64,000 nt of DNA from an uncultured delta proteobacterium (GTDB lineage: Bacteria > Myxococcota > Myxococcia > Myxococcales > Anaeromyxobacteraceae), in assembly GCA_963814585.1 (NCBI GenBank), contig CAWFDF010000012.1, forward strand, positions 320,001 to 384,000, read 5' to 3'. The notes beneath the pieces were generated by a model. It had not been told where the DNA came from and searched no databases. It worked only from the letters and a program-made list of their open reading frames with translations. A program made the translations under genes and the position numbers. This document shows, one piece after another, positions 53,110 to 63,433 of this stretch (position 1 is the first letter of the stretch; every line of letters starts with the position of its first letter).

Positions 53110-54399
53110 TTACAGCACCCCGGTTCGCCACTCCACGTCGAGCAGCAGCGTGGCGTCGCTGCGTGGACCGGCGGTGGGGCTGGTGCTCTCCGGGCCCGGG
53201 TTGGCCACGTACTTGAAGCCGCCTCCCAGCGCCAGTGCGGGCGTGATCCCGTAGCGGGCCCGGGCCCAGAAGACGTTGCCGTCCTTGCCGGCGAAGGTGG
53301 GACCGGAGGCGCTGGAGTAGCGATCGAAGATCCACTGGAGGTCGAGGGCGAGCCGCTCCTGCGGCCGGAGCTCCAGCGCCGAGAGGACCGACCAGGCATA
53401 GCTGGCGTCGAGGTCGCGGTTGGGGATGACGCGGACGCTGGCGGTGAGCAGGTCCGACTCCCAGGCCACACCGCCGCCCACCAGCAGCTCGCGGCGCATG
53501 ACGACGTCGGTGGCGGCGGCACAGTCCGGCGACGGGGCCCCGGGCGTGCAGACGGTGCCGGCCGGGGCCCCGGGCAGCGGCCGGCCCTTGATGGCGGTCT
53601 GGTCGGGATCCGGGTCGAAGAGCACGGCGGCCACGGCGGAGATCGCGAAGCCGTGGCCGAGCAGGACCTCGACGTCGGCGGTGGCCTTGTGGTTCACCAC
53701 GTAGGTCTGCGGATCGTAGAAGAAGTTGGGCGTGAAGAGCTGGTACGCCAGCCCGGCCCGGACCGTCCTGCCGAAGCGGTGGGAGACCTCGACCTCGATG
53801 CGCGGGACCAGGTCGTAGGCGTTCGAGTCGGGCGTGGGCCGATCGGCGCCGGAGTAGGCGTAGCGGCGCAGCGAGAGGTCGCCCTTCAGGTAGGAGCCGG
53901 GGGCGTGGAAGAAGTAGGCGGTCGCGTAGCCCTTGGCGGACTCGTAGAAGATGCTGTCGGACCACCCGGCGCCGGCCTGCAGCTCGAGGCGATCGAGGCC
54001 GGCGTAGCGGAGCTGTCCCTCCACCGCCTGCTTGGAGGTGCCGGGCTCGGTGCCGCCCAGCCAGGCCCGGACCGCCAGCCCGCGCGAGCGCTCCAGCGCG
54101 GCCAGGTCGTCCCGCGCCTCCCGGTCGGCGGGGTCGATCGCGATCGCCTGGCGGAGGGCCTCGGCGGCCTCGGGCGTCCGGTGCAGCCCCCGGAGCGACC
54201 AGCCGATCCGCTTCCAGGTCTCGGCGCTCGGGCCGCCCGCCGCCAGCTCGGCCTGGTACTCGGCCAGCGCCGCCTGGTACCGTCCCTCGGCGCGCCGCCG
54301 ATCGCCCTCGGCCTGATGGGCCTGCGCGGCGGCGGGATCGGCCGCTGCGGCGGGGCCGGCGAAGTGCAGCAGGACCGTCAGGGGCAGGATCAGGCGCAT
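53110..54399 (-). CDS. TPR + outer-membrane beta-barrel protein (PgaA/YaiO-like porin)
   Basis: Signal peptide, 2-3 TPRs, then aromatic-rich alternating strands to the C-terminus. Confidence 0.75.
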   Translation of the reverse strand: MRLILPLTVLLHFAGPAAAADPAAAQAHQAEGDRRRAEGRYQAALAEYQAELAAGGPSAETWKRIGWSLRGLHRTPEAAEALRQAIAIDPADREARDDLAALERSRGLAVRAWLGGTEPGTSKQAVEGQLRYAGLDRLELQAGAGWSDSIFYESAKGYATAYFFHAPGSYLKGDLSLRRYAYSGADRPTPDSNAYDLVPRIEVEVSHRFGRTVRAGLAYQLFTPNFFYDPQTYVVNHKATADVEVLLGHGFAISAVAAVLFDPDPDQTAIKGRPLPGAPAGTVCTPGAPSPDCAAATDVVMRRELLVGGGVAWESDLLTASVRVIPNRDLDASYAWSVLSALELRPQERLALDLQWIFDRYSSASGPTFAGKDGNVFWARARYGITPALALGGGFKYVANPGPESTSPTAGPRSDATLLLDVEWRTGVL

Positions 54400-55262
54400 C
54401 GTCCGTTCCTCCAGGCGTCATCGAGGGCGTCGAGCACCTCGCGCGCGGTGAGCACGTTGGCGCCGAGCCGGGCGTTGAGCTCCAGCACCGCCGGCCTTCC
54501 GTCGAGGCCGACCCGGACGTCGGCGTCGAGCGGCCCCTCGAGCCGGAGCACCCGGGCGGCCGCGACCGCGAGGGCGGCCAGGTCGGGGCGATGGACGCGC
54601 TCGACCCCGGTGGCGTTGCCCACCTCCCCGTCCTTCAGGCCGGTCTTGCGGAGCACCACCGCCGCCGGAACGCAGCCGTCGCGCTCGAGGAACAGGTTCA
54701 CGTCGAACTCCTCGCCGGGGAGGAAGGCCTGCCAGACCACCTCCTCGGCGCCGATCCGCGCCAGATCGGCGAGCGTCCGGTGGACCAGCACGCCGCGCCC
54801 GCCGCGCCCGAAGCGCGGCTTGGAGAGCAGCGGGAGGGCGAGCTGCCGGGCGGCCTCGACGCCGGTCATGGTCCCCGGGAAGGTGGCCGGGGCCGCCACG
54901 CCCGCCCGGGCCAGGGCCTGGGCCGTGAGCAGCTTGTCGTTGGCGACGTCGATCCCGGCCGGCTCCGAGACCGCGGCCGCGATGCCGCGCTCGCGCAGCA
55001 CCGGGCGGATCCGGGAGACGACCGGCAGCTCCTCGGTCACGGTGGGCACCACCAGCGACGCCCGCCCGGCCACGGCCAGGTCGACGAGCGCCGAGGGGTA
55101 GGCCGGATCGCGGGCCATGGGCACCAGCCGGAACTCGGTCGCCGCCGACGCCACCTCGCGCACGTCGGTCCCGATCACCCGGTAGCCGCGCTCCACGAAG
55201 TAGGCCGCACCGGCCCGGCCCGCCGGGCCGCCCACGCCCGTCACCAGCACGGTTGCATTCAC
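54390..55262 (-). CDS. ATP-grasp ligase (PylC/carbamoyl-phosphate-synthase-like N-terminus)
   Basis: LVTGVGGPAG, VPTVTEEL, NDKL, KPRFGRGGRG, QAFLPGEEF, LELNAR. Confidence 0.88.
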   Translation of the reverse strand: MNATVLVTGVGGPAGRAGAAYFVERGYRVIGTDVREVASAATEFRLVPMARDPAYPSALVDLAVAGRASLVVPTVTEELPVVSRIRPVLRERGIAAAVSEPAGIDVANDKLLTAQALARAGVAAPATFPGTMTGVEAARQLALPLLSKPRFGRGGRGVLVHRTLADLARIGAEEVVWQAFLPGEEFDVNLFLERDGCVPAAVVLRKTGLKDGEVGNATGVERVHRPDLAALAVAAARVLRLEGPLDADVRVGLDGRPAVLELNARLGANVLTAREVLDALDDAWRNGRCA

Positions 55263-55469
55263 CTGAAGTGTTCCTCCCAGGTGCTTCTTGACTCACGACA
55301 AGGGCCGCTGACAACCCGGATTTCCGCCGACCGCGCCTCCGCAAGGATCAAGCCCTTGACACGACAGGTGAATCTGGATTGTGGCAACTTGGTGACGAAC
55401 CGGACCGGGGCCCGAGTCCAGGGTGGCGAGGCGGCCTCCACCGTCACCCTCCTCCGCTACACTGCGCTC

Positions 55470-56150
55470 ATGTCGGACCTGGCTCCGGGCGACCTGTCCT
55501 ACCAGCTGGTGGTGGCCGAGTACTTCCTCGGCCTCTCCGGCAAGGGGCTGATGGTCTCGCCGCTCGACCGGGAGCTGGTCGCCGACTGGGAGCGGCGCGG
55601 CCTCCCGGTGCCGGTGGTGCTGCGCGGCCTGCAGCAGGGCTGGCAGGACTTCGAGCTGCGCCGCGCCCCCGGCGCCAGCGCGCCCCGCTCGATCCGCGCC
55701 CTGCGCTTCGCCGTCGAGGACGAGTGGCGCGCCTTCACCTCGCGCGCGGTGGGCGACGCCCCGCCGCCGCCGAACGAGTCCGGCGCCGCCGGGGCCCGGC
55801 TCGACGCGGCCCGCCGGCGGCTCGCCGAGGCCGTCGACGGCGCCCCGGCGGCCTGGCGCACCGGCTACCGCGCGGCGCTCGCCGAGCTCGACGCCACCGT
55901 CGCCGCCGGCCCGGGCGTCTCGCTGGAGCGGGTCGAGGCCGCGGTCGCCGCCGCCGACGCCCGCCTGCTCTCGGCCTGGCTGGCCTCGCTCGACCGCCCT
56001 CGCCGCGCCGCCCTCGGCCCCCGCCTCGCGCTCCGGGCCGGCCCCCGCCACCGCGGCGCCAGCCGGCGCGCCCACCGGGAGACCCTGCGCCACCACCTGC
56101 TCGAGGCCGCCCGCGCCGCCGGGCTGACCTGCCTGCGGGGAACGGTGTAG
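55470..56150 (+). CDS. Hypothetical protein with DnaD-like N-terminal motif
   Basis: C-terminal part of ORF 54591..56150 from ATG at 55470; YFLGLSGKGLMVSPLDRELVADW...VVLRGL; directly upstream of a DnaC-like ATPase. Confidence 0.65.
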   Translation: MSDLAPGDLSYQLVVAEYFLGLSGKGLMVSPLDRELVADWERRGLPVPVVLRGLQQGWQDFELRRAPGASAPRSIRALRFAVEDEWRAFTSRAVGDAPPPPNESGAAGARLDAARRRLAEAVDGAPAAWRTGYRAALAELDATVAAGPGVSLERVEAAVAAADARLLSAWLASLDRPRRAALGPRLALRAGPRHRGASRRAHRETLRHHLLEAARAAGLTCLRGTV

Positions 56151-56163
56151 AGTCCGCGCCCTG

Positions 56164-57051
56164 ATGTCCACCCCGGTCGAGAGCACCCCGTGCGCGTCCT
56201 GCGGCGGCGCCGGCTACCTGGTCGAGCAGGTCCTCGGCAAGACGGCCCGGGCTCGCCGCTGCGAGTGCCAGGCCCGCTGCACCCGCTGCAACGGCAGCGG
56301 CTTCGCGCTGGTCCCCTCGCCGTCCGGGCCGGTGGCGCAGGCCTGCTCCTGCCGGCACCTCGACGAGCGGCTGGCGCTCTTCAACCAGATCGGCATCCCC
56401 GCCGCGGTCGCCAGGGCCAGCTTCGACGGCTTCAAGGTCTGGTCGCCGGAGCACGCCGGGGCCAAGGGCATCGCCGAGGACTTCGCCCGGAAGTTCCGCC
56501 GGGACGAGCCCACCAAGGGCTTCCTCCTCTACGGCCGGCCCGGCGGCGGGAAGACCCACCTGCTGGCCTCGACGCTGCGCTGGCTGGCCCTGGAGAAGGG
56601 CGTGGCCAGCCGCTACGTCGAGTTCATGCTGCTGCTCTCGGACATGAAGGACGGCTTCGGCGCGGGGCGGAGCCACATGGAGATCCTGCGGCCGCTCCTC
56701 TCGGTCCCGGTGCTGGCCATCGACGAGCTGGGCAAGGAGCGCGGCACGCCCTGGGAGCAGTCGATGCTCGACGAGCTGATCAGCCGCCGCTTCAACAGCG
56801 GCCTCTCCACGCTCTTCGCCACCAACTACTTCGTCGAGCCGCGCGCCGCGCCCCCGGATCCCGCCCGCCGGGCCGATCCGCGCTCCCCGGAGTTCCGGCA
56901 GGAGGCCGAGTCCATGACCCTGGCGCAGCGGGTCGGCGACCGGATCTACTCCCGGCTGAGCGAGATGTGCACCTTCGCCAAGCTCGATCCGGGCATGGAC
57001 GTCCGCAAGGACGTGCACGGCGCCGGGGCCGGGGGCTTCTGGCGCCGCTGA
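56164..57051 (+). CDS. DnaC/DnaI/IstB-like AAA+ ATPase with N-terminal Cys clusters
   Basis: CASC..CEC, CTRC..CSC; GRPGGGKTHL; IDELG; LISRRFN; FATNY; RIYSRL. Confidence 0.88.
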   Translation: MSTPVESTPCASCGGAGYLVEQVLGKTARARRCECQARCTRCNGSGFALVPSPSGPVAQACSCRHLDERLALFNQIGIPAAVARASFDGFKVWSPEHAGAKGIAEDFARKFRRDEPTKGFLLYGRPGGGKTHLLASTLRWLALEKGVASRYVEFMLLLSDMKDGFGAGRSHMEILRPLLSVPVLAIDELGKERGTPWEQSMLDELISRRFNSGLSTLFATNYFVEPRAAPPDPARRADPRSPEFRQEAESMTLAQRVGDRIYSRLSEMCTFAKLDPGMDVRKDVHGAGAGGFWRR

Positions 57052-57072
57052 GCGCGGGCGCGCGGCCGGCAG

Positions 57073-57222
57073 CTACATCGCCAACATCACCAGCAGCGCC
57101 ATCGCTGTGACGACGATGACCAGGGACCGCCTCCCGCTCGGCCGCGACGCCTCCGCGGCCGCCCCGGAGAGGGGGCGCCGGCTCCTGCTGCTCCATGCAA
57201 GGCTGGTCGGCTGCGTGGTCAT
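57073..57222 (-). CDS. Putative 49-aa small protein with C-terminal hydrophobic helix
   Basis: MTTQPTSLAWSSRSRRPLSGAAAEASRPSGRRSLVIVVTAMALLVMLAM; GGGGAGGGG upstream of the ATG. Confidence 0.55.
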   Translation of the reverse strand: MTTQPTSLAWSSRSRRPLSGAAAEASRPSGRRSLVIVVTAMALLVMLAM

Positions 57223-57257
57223 GGCCCCTCCCCCGTCTCGGCGTGACGGCATGATCC

Positions 57258-57273
57258 AGCAAGCCGCGTACCC
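57258..57273 (-). promoter_or_regulatory. Sigma54-like promoter upstream of the small ORF
   Basis: GGGTACG-CGGC-TTGCT (GG-N10-GC) on the minus strand. Confidence 0.58.
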
Positions 57274-57430
57274 GCCTGGTCACGAAAGGGACGCCCGCCA
57301 TTTCAGGTGGATCCGGGGCCGGTGTCCCGTGAACCCGGGTGGTACGGCGACGCCCCGCGGGTCGTCGGAGCCCGGTCCACGGGGACCCGGTGCGTCCATG
57401 TCGGACAGCCCCCGGCGACCTCGGCGCAGG

Positions 57431-58594
57431 CTACCCGATCAACCTACGGTGTATTTCACGCGCCGTGTCGGCGAGGAGCCCCGCCTCGGCGTACACCGTC
57501 ACCTCGAGCGGCCCCACCTCGACCGCCAGCGGCGCCGCGCCCAGCGCCGCCAGCGCCGCCACCAGGGCCTCGCGGACCCGCGGGGTGGCGGCCACCCCGG
57601 TCCCGACCACGGTCACCGCGCCGATCCCCTCGGCGGTGACGCGGGCCCCGTCGATCTCGCGCCCCAGCGCCTCGGCCAGCGGCGCGAAGCCGTGGACGTT
57701 CTCGAGCGCCACGGCCAGCACCGCGCGGCCCGGCGCCCCCTCGACGCGCGCCCACGGGGCGTGGGCCGCCGCCAGCAGGGCCTGCGCCCGCCCGGCCGCC
57801 GCCTCCGGGACGTCCACCAGCGCCAGCTCCCGCTCGACCGCCACGCCGGCGATCCGCGCGACGCCGCTCCCGGCACGCACCACCGTCTCCTCGTCGCCGC
57901 CGAAGCTGCTCCGGGCCCGGATGGCGATGCCGGTGCTCCGGGCGAACTCCACCGCCTGGGCGTTGAGCACCTTGGCGCCGGCCCGGGCCAGCGCCTGCAT
58001 CTCCTCGTAGGAGAGCTCGTCCTGCCGCCGCGCCCCGGGCACCACCCGCGGGTCGGCGGTGAAGACCCCGGCCACGTCGCTGTAGATCTCGCAGTCGGCG
58101 GCCAGCGCCGCCGCCAGGGCCACCGCCGTGGTGTCCGAGCCGCCCCGCCCCAGCGTGGTGATCTCCCGGCGCGCCGAGACGCCCTGGAAGCCCGCCACGA
58201 TCACCACCTTGCCCCGGGCCAGCTCCTCGCGGACCCGGGTGGGCCGCACCTCGAGGATGCGCGCGGTGGCGTGGGCGTCGGAGGTCAGGATGCCGGCCTG
58301 GCTGCCGGTGAAGCTGATGGCGTCCACCCCCAGCTCCTGCAGCGCGATGGAGAGGAGCGCCATCGAGATGCGCTCGCCGGCCGTGAGCAGCATGTCGAGC
58401 TCGCGCCGCGGCGGGTCGGGAGAGACCTGCTTCGCCAGCCGCAGCAGGTCGTCGGTGGTGTCGCCCATGGCCGAGACCACCACGCAGACGTCGTCCCCGG
58501 CCCGGCGGCGCGCCGCCACCCTGGCCGCCACGCGCCTCAGCCTGTCGACGTCGGCCACCGAGGACCCGCCGTACTTCTGGACCACCACCGCCAT
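57431..58594 (-). CDS. lysC: Aspartate kinase
   Basis: [43 protein letters not shown]. Confidence 0.93.
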   Translation of the reverse strand: MAVVVQKYGGSSVADVDRLRRVAARVAARRRAGDDVCVVVSAMGDTTDDLLRLAKQVSPDPPRRELDMLLTAGERISMALLSIALQELGVDAISFTGSQAGILTSDAHATARILEVRPTRVREELARGKVVIVAGFQGVSARREITTLGRGGSDTTAVALAAALAADCEIYSDVAGVFTADPRVVPGARRQDELSYEEMQALARAGAKVLNAQAVEFARSTGIAIRARSSFGGDEETVVRAGSGVARIAGVAVERELALVDVPEAAAGRAQALLAAAHAPWARVEGAPGRAVLAVALENVHGFAPLAEALGREIDGARVTAEGIGAVTVVGTGVAATPRVREALVAALAALGAAPLAVEVGPLEVTVYAEAGLLADTAREIHRRLIG

Positions 58595-58751
58595 CGGAGC
58601 CACCCTCCGGCCGCGACCGTGCCACCGGTGCGGCGGGCCGTCCAGCACCGGGCGGCCCGGCGGCCCTCCACCGCGCCCCCGGGGGCCTCCGGGTTGACCC
58701 GGGCCGGCATCCCGGCTAGATCTCCCCGGCCGAAAGAGAAAAGGACTGCCC

Positions 58752-59018
58752 ATGGCCCGCGTCACCGTCGAAGACTGCCTGCCCCTCGTCGACAACCGCT
58801 TCGCGCTGGTGCTCCTCGCCACCAAGCGCACCCGCCAGCTCATGGCCGGCGCCCGCCCGCTCCAGCCCAACACCAAGAACAAGGCGCCGGTCCTCTCGCT
58901 GCGCGAGATCGCCACGGGCAAGGTCCGGTTCGACCGCCCGGTGCGCGACGCCCTCTCGGGCAAGTACGACAACGAGAAGGTCACCATCGCCTCGAGCCAG
59001 ACCCGCACGCTGCGGTAG
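58752..59018 (+). CDS. rpoZ: RNA polymerase omega subunit
   Basis: [31 protein letters not shown]. Confidence 0.96.
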   Translation: MARVTVEDCLPLVDNRFALVLLATKRTRQLMAGARPLQPNTKNKAPVLSLREIATGKVRFDRPVRDALSGKYDNEKVTIASSQTRTLR

Positions 59019-59195
59019 GGTCGGGCGCGATCGCGGTTCACCAGGGGCGCCTCCGGGCGCCCCTCTCCATTCCTGCAGGGTCCCGTGACCGTCCTCCGCG
59101 CTCCTCCCCCGAGATCGGCAGTCTCCCTCCTCGACTGCTGAGGGCTCCCTCGAAAGTCCAGTCGTTTCGCGTGGGTGAATAATCGTCCCCGCCGC

Positions 59196-59223
59196 TTGAC
59201 ACCGGCCCGCCGGTGATTACCAT
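59196..59223 (+). promoter_or_regulatory. Sigma70-type promoter of groESL
   Basis: TTGACA-N16-TACCAT just before the CIRCE-like element. Confidence 0.6.
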
Positions 59224-59233
59224 GCCGCCGTCC

Positions 59234-59260
59234 CTGGCACTCGGAGGTCGAGACTGCCAG
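59234..59260. promoter_or_regulatory. CIRCE-like element (HrcA operator)
   Basis: CTGGCACTC-N9-GACTGCCAG versus consensus TTAGCACTC-N9-GAGTGCTAA, upstream of groES. Confidence 0.8.
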
Positions 59261-59331
59261 AGGCCTCTTCGAACCAACGTGCGGCCGCGCCCCTCCCGGG
59301 CCAGCCGACCCTACGCACCAGGAGGAAGTCC

Positions 59332-61309
<1,978 letters not shown>

Positions 61310-61338
61310 TCCGCCCCGCTCGAGAGAGCGGACGCCTC

Positions 61339-61374
61339 ACGGGGTCGCCGGGGAACCGGCGGCCCCGTTTCATT
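61339..61374 (+). terminator. Rho-independent terminator after groEL
   Basis: ACGGGGTCGCCGG-GGAA-CCGGCGGCCCCGT then TTCATT. Confidence 0.8.
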
Positions 61375-61388
61375 CCGGGAGCATGACG

Positions 61389-61808
61389 CTAGAGCGCTCC
61401 GAAGAGCGCGGTGGCCACCCGGCCCAGCCCCTCGACCACGCCGGCCGGCCAGAGCAGCAGCGGCAGCGCCAGGCCGAACCCCATCCCGATGGCCAGCGCC
61501 CGCGGGTGCAGCCGCTCCTCGAGCCGCGCCTCCAGGGCCGAGACCCCGGTGAGCGTCAGCGTCAGCAGCCCGCCGGTCACGAAGGCCGCCGGGGGCGGGA
61601 AGCCGAGCAGCACCAGCCCCGCCGAGAGCGCCACCACCGCCGCGGCGTTGATGACGTCCCGGCCGTGGCCCGCCCACCAGGCCCGGTGCTCCTCGCGCCG
61701 CAGGTGCTCGCCCAGCTCCTCCAGCCGGACCGTCCCGGCCACCGCGGCCAGCAGGGCCAGCCGGGCCAGCAGCTGCTCGGCGTCGCCGCGCGGCTGGAGC
61801 GTCCACAT
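61389..61808 (-). CDS. Hypothetical membrane protein
   Basis: 139 aa with 3-4 hydrophobic segments. Confidence 0.7.
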   Translation of the reverse strand: MWTLQPRGDAEQLLARLALLAAVAGTVRLEELGEHLRREEHRAWWAGHGRDVINAAAVVALSAGLVLLGFPPPAAFVTGGLLTLTLTGVSALEARLEERLHPRALAIGMGFGLALPLLLWPAGVVEGLGRVATALFGAL

Positions 61809-61836
61809 GCCGTGGATGGTACCGGAGCGTGCGCCG

Positions 61837-62613
61837 TCAGGGAACGCCGGGGAGGAGCTCGAGCACCGAGCTGCTCCTCCGCTCCCCCGCCTCGCCGGCC
61901 CCCGACCAGCGCCGCTCGTCCTGGAAGGACACCGCCAGCAGCCGGTCGCCCACCCGGGTGAAGCGCCAGGCCTGCTTCACCTCGGTCTCGAAGGTGATGA
62001 TCAGGAAGACCCGCCCCTTGCCGAGCAGCCGCGCGTCCGCGGCCAGCGGCAGCCCGTCGGGGCCGAGCCAGATCCTGCCGATGGCGTCCAGGTCCTTCAG
62101 GTACTTCCGCTCCCGGGCCTGCAGCGCCGGCGAGAGCCGCAGCACCAGCAGCCGGGCCGGCGCGCCGTCGAGCCGATCCTCCCTCTCCTCGATCAGCGTG
62201 GCGCGCGCCAGCTCGTCGCGGAGCTTGCCCGCCGCGTCCAGGCGGTTGGCGAGATCGATGGCCTGCACCTGCGCCAGGCCGTCGCGCGTGGGCGTCGATG
62301 CCTCGTGGTCGGCGGCGTGGCGCCGCTCCTCCTCGCGCGCCTGCTGGAGGACCGCATGTCCCCAGCGGATCTCCAGGCCGCTGGCGGTCTCGGTGGCCTC
62401 GCCGGACACCTCCCCGCCCACCTTGAGCGCCTCCTGGCCCTCGCCGGTGACGTTCTCGAACCGGACCGTGAACCGGGCGGAGACCGGCGTCCTCGCCGTG
62501 AGCCTCCCCAGCGCGGCCTGCAGGTCGGCGAGCGGATCGGGGCGCGGCCCGATGGCCGGATCGGCGCCCAGCGCCAGCGCGGCCAGCAGGGCGAGGGAGG
62601 TGGAGGCGGTCAT
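61837..62613 (-). CDS. Hypothetical exported beta-rich protein
   Basis: Signal peptide; GRIWLGPDGLP resembles LolA/MucB-like folds (weak). Confidence 0.7.
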   Translation of the reverse strand: MTASTSLALLAALALGADPAIGPRPDPLADLQAALGRLTARTPVSARFTVRFENVTGEGQEALKVGGEVSGEATETASGLEIRWGHAVLQQAREEERRHAADHEASTPTRDGLAQVQAIDLANRLDAAGKLRDELARATLIEEREDRLDGAPARLLVLRLSPALQARERKYLKDLDAIGRIWLGPDGLPLAADARLLGKGRVFLIITFETEVKQAWRFTRVGDRLLAVSFQDERRWSGAGEAGERRSSSVLELLPGVP

Positions 62614-62677
62614 GCGACCTTCATAGCGTGGCGGCGGCCGCCCGGCTCATCGGCCTTCGGCAGGCACCTCGGGTCGA

Positions 62678-63433
62678 TCAGTCCCTCGGCTCGCGCTCCA
62701 GCGCCGCCTGCACCAGCGCCACCAGGTCGCCGACGCGCCGCACCCGTGGCACCGCCGCCTCGTCGAGCGTCACGCCGAACCGCTCCTCGAGCGCCAGCAG
62801 GAGGCGCAGGGCCCCGAGCGAGTCCCAGCCCGCCAGGTCGTTCGGCCCCTGCTCCGGCGAGGGCGGCGCCGCCAGCGCCAGCGTCTCGGCCACCACCCGC
62901 GGCACCTCGGCGGCCGGGTCGTCGGCCGCCGGCTGCTGGCCCGGGCCGACGGGGCGCGCCGGCACGCCGCCGACGGTGGCGCCGGCCGGCACCTCACCGG
63001 AGACCACGCTGCCGGCCAGCACCCGGGCCCCGTCGCCGACCACGGCGCCTCGCAGCACCGTGACCCGGCTCCCGAGCCGGACCTGGCGACCCAGCGAGAT
63101 GGGGCTGCTCTCCGGGCGGGCCTCGCGCTGGCCGGCCACGTGGAAGTCGGTGTCGGCGATGGAGACGAAGGGGCCGATCCGCGTCCCGGCGCCGATGCGG
63201 ATGCGGGCGTGGGCGGCGACCGCGGCGCCGTGACCGATGGTGACGTCGTCGCCGATCTCGAGCTCACCGCCCGGGGCCACCACCAGGTGGGACTGGACCG
63301 GCACCGAGGCGAGGCGGAGCCGCTCCCCGACCACGAGCCGACCGCGGTTCTCGATCCAGGGTCGCCCGTCCAGCGCGGCGCCGGCGCCGAGCCGGTCGCA
63401 GCGGCGAAGCCAGAAGGCGGCCCGGAGCGTCAC
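62678..63433 (-). CDS. Hexapeptide-repeat (LbH) acyltransferase fused to an acyl carrier protein
   Basis: IGDDVTIG, DTDFH, VGGVPAR; C-terminal GWDSLG...LEERFGV ACP. GTG at 63433 overlaps the upstream stop. Confidence 0.85.
   Translation of the reverse strand: MTLRAAFWLRRCDRLGAGAALDGRPWIENRGRLVVGERLRLASVPVQSHLVVAPGGELEIGDDVTIGHGAAVAAHARIRIGAGTRIGPFVSIADTDFHVAGQREARPESSPISLGRQVRLGSRVTVLRGAVVGDGARVLAGSVVSGEVPAGATVGGVPARPVGPGQQPAADDPAAEVPRVVAETLALAAPPSPEQGPNDLAGWDSLGALRLLLALEERFGVTLDEAAVPRVRRVGDLVALVQAALEREPRD

Noticed and set aside
55263..55400. glmS ribozyme or c-di-GMP riboswitch ahead of the EPS operon
   Set aside because: Core consensus elements not found by eye; only generic pairings are reported.
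56164..57051. IS21 element (IstB)
   Set aside because: No IstA/DDE transposase or terminal inverted repeats seen.
57280..57300. c-di-GMP-I (GEMM) riboswitch suggested by CGAAAGGGACGC
   Set aside because: Lacks GGCAAA and GCAAAG, and is on the strand opposite the adjacent genes.
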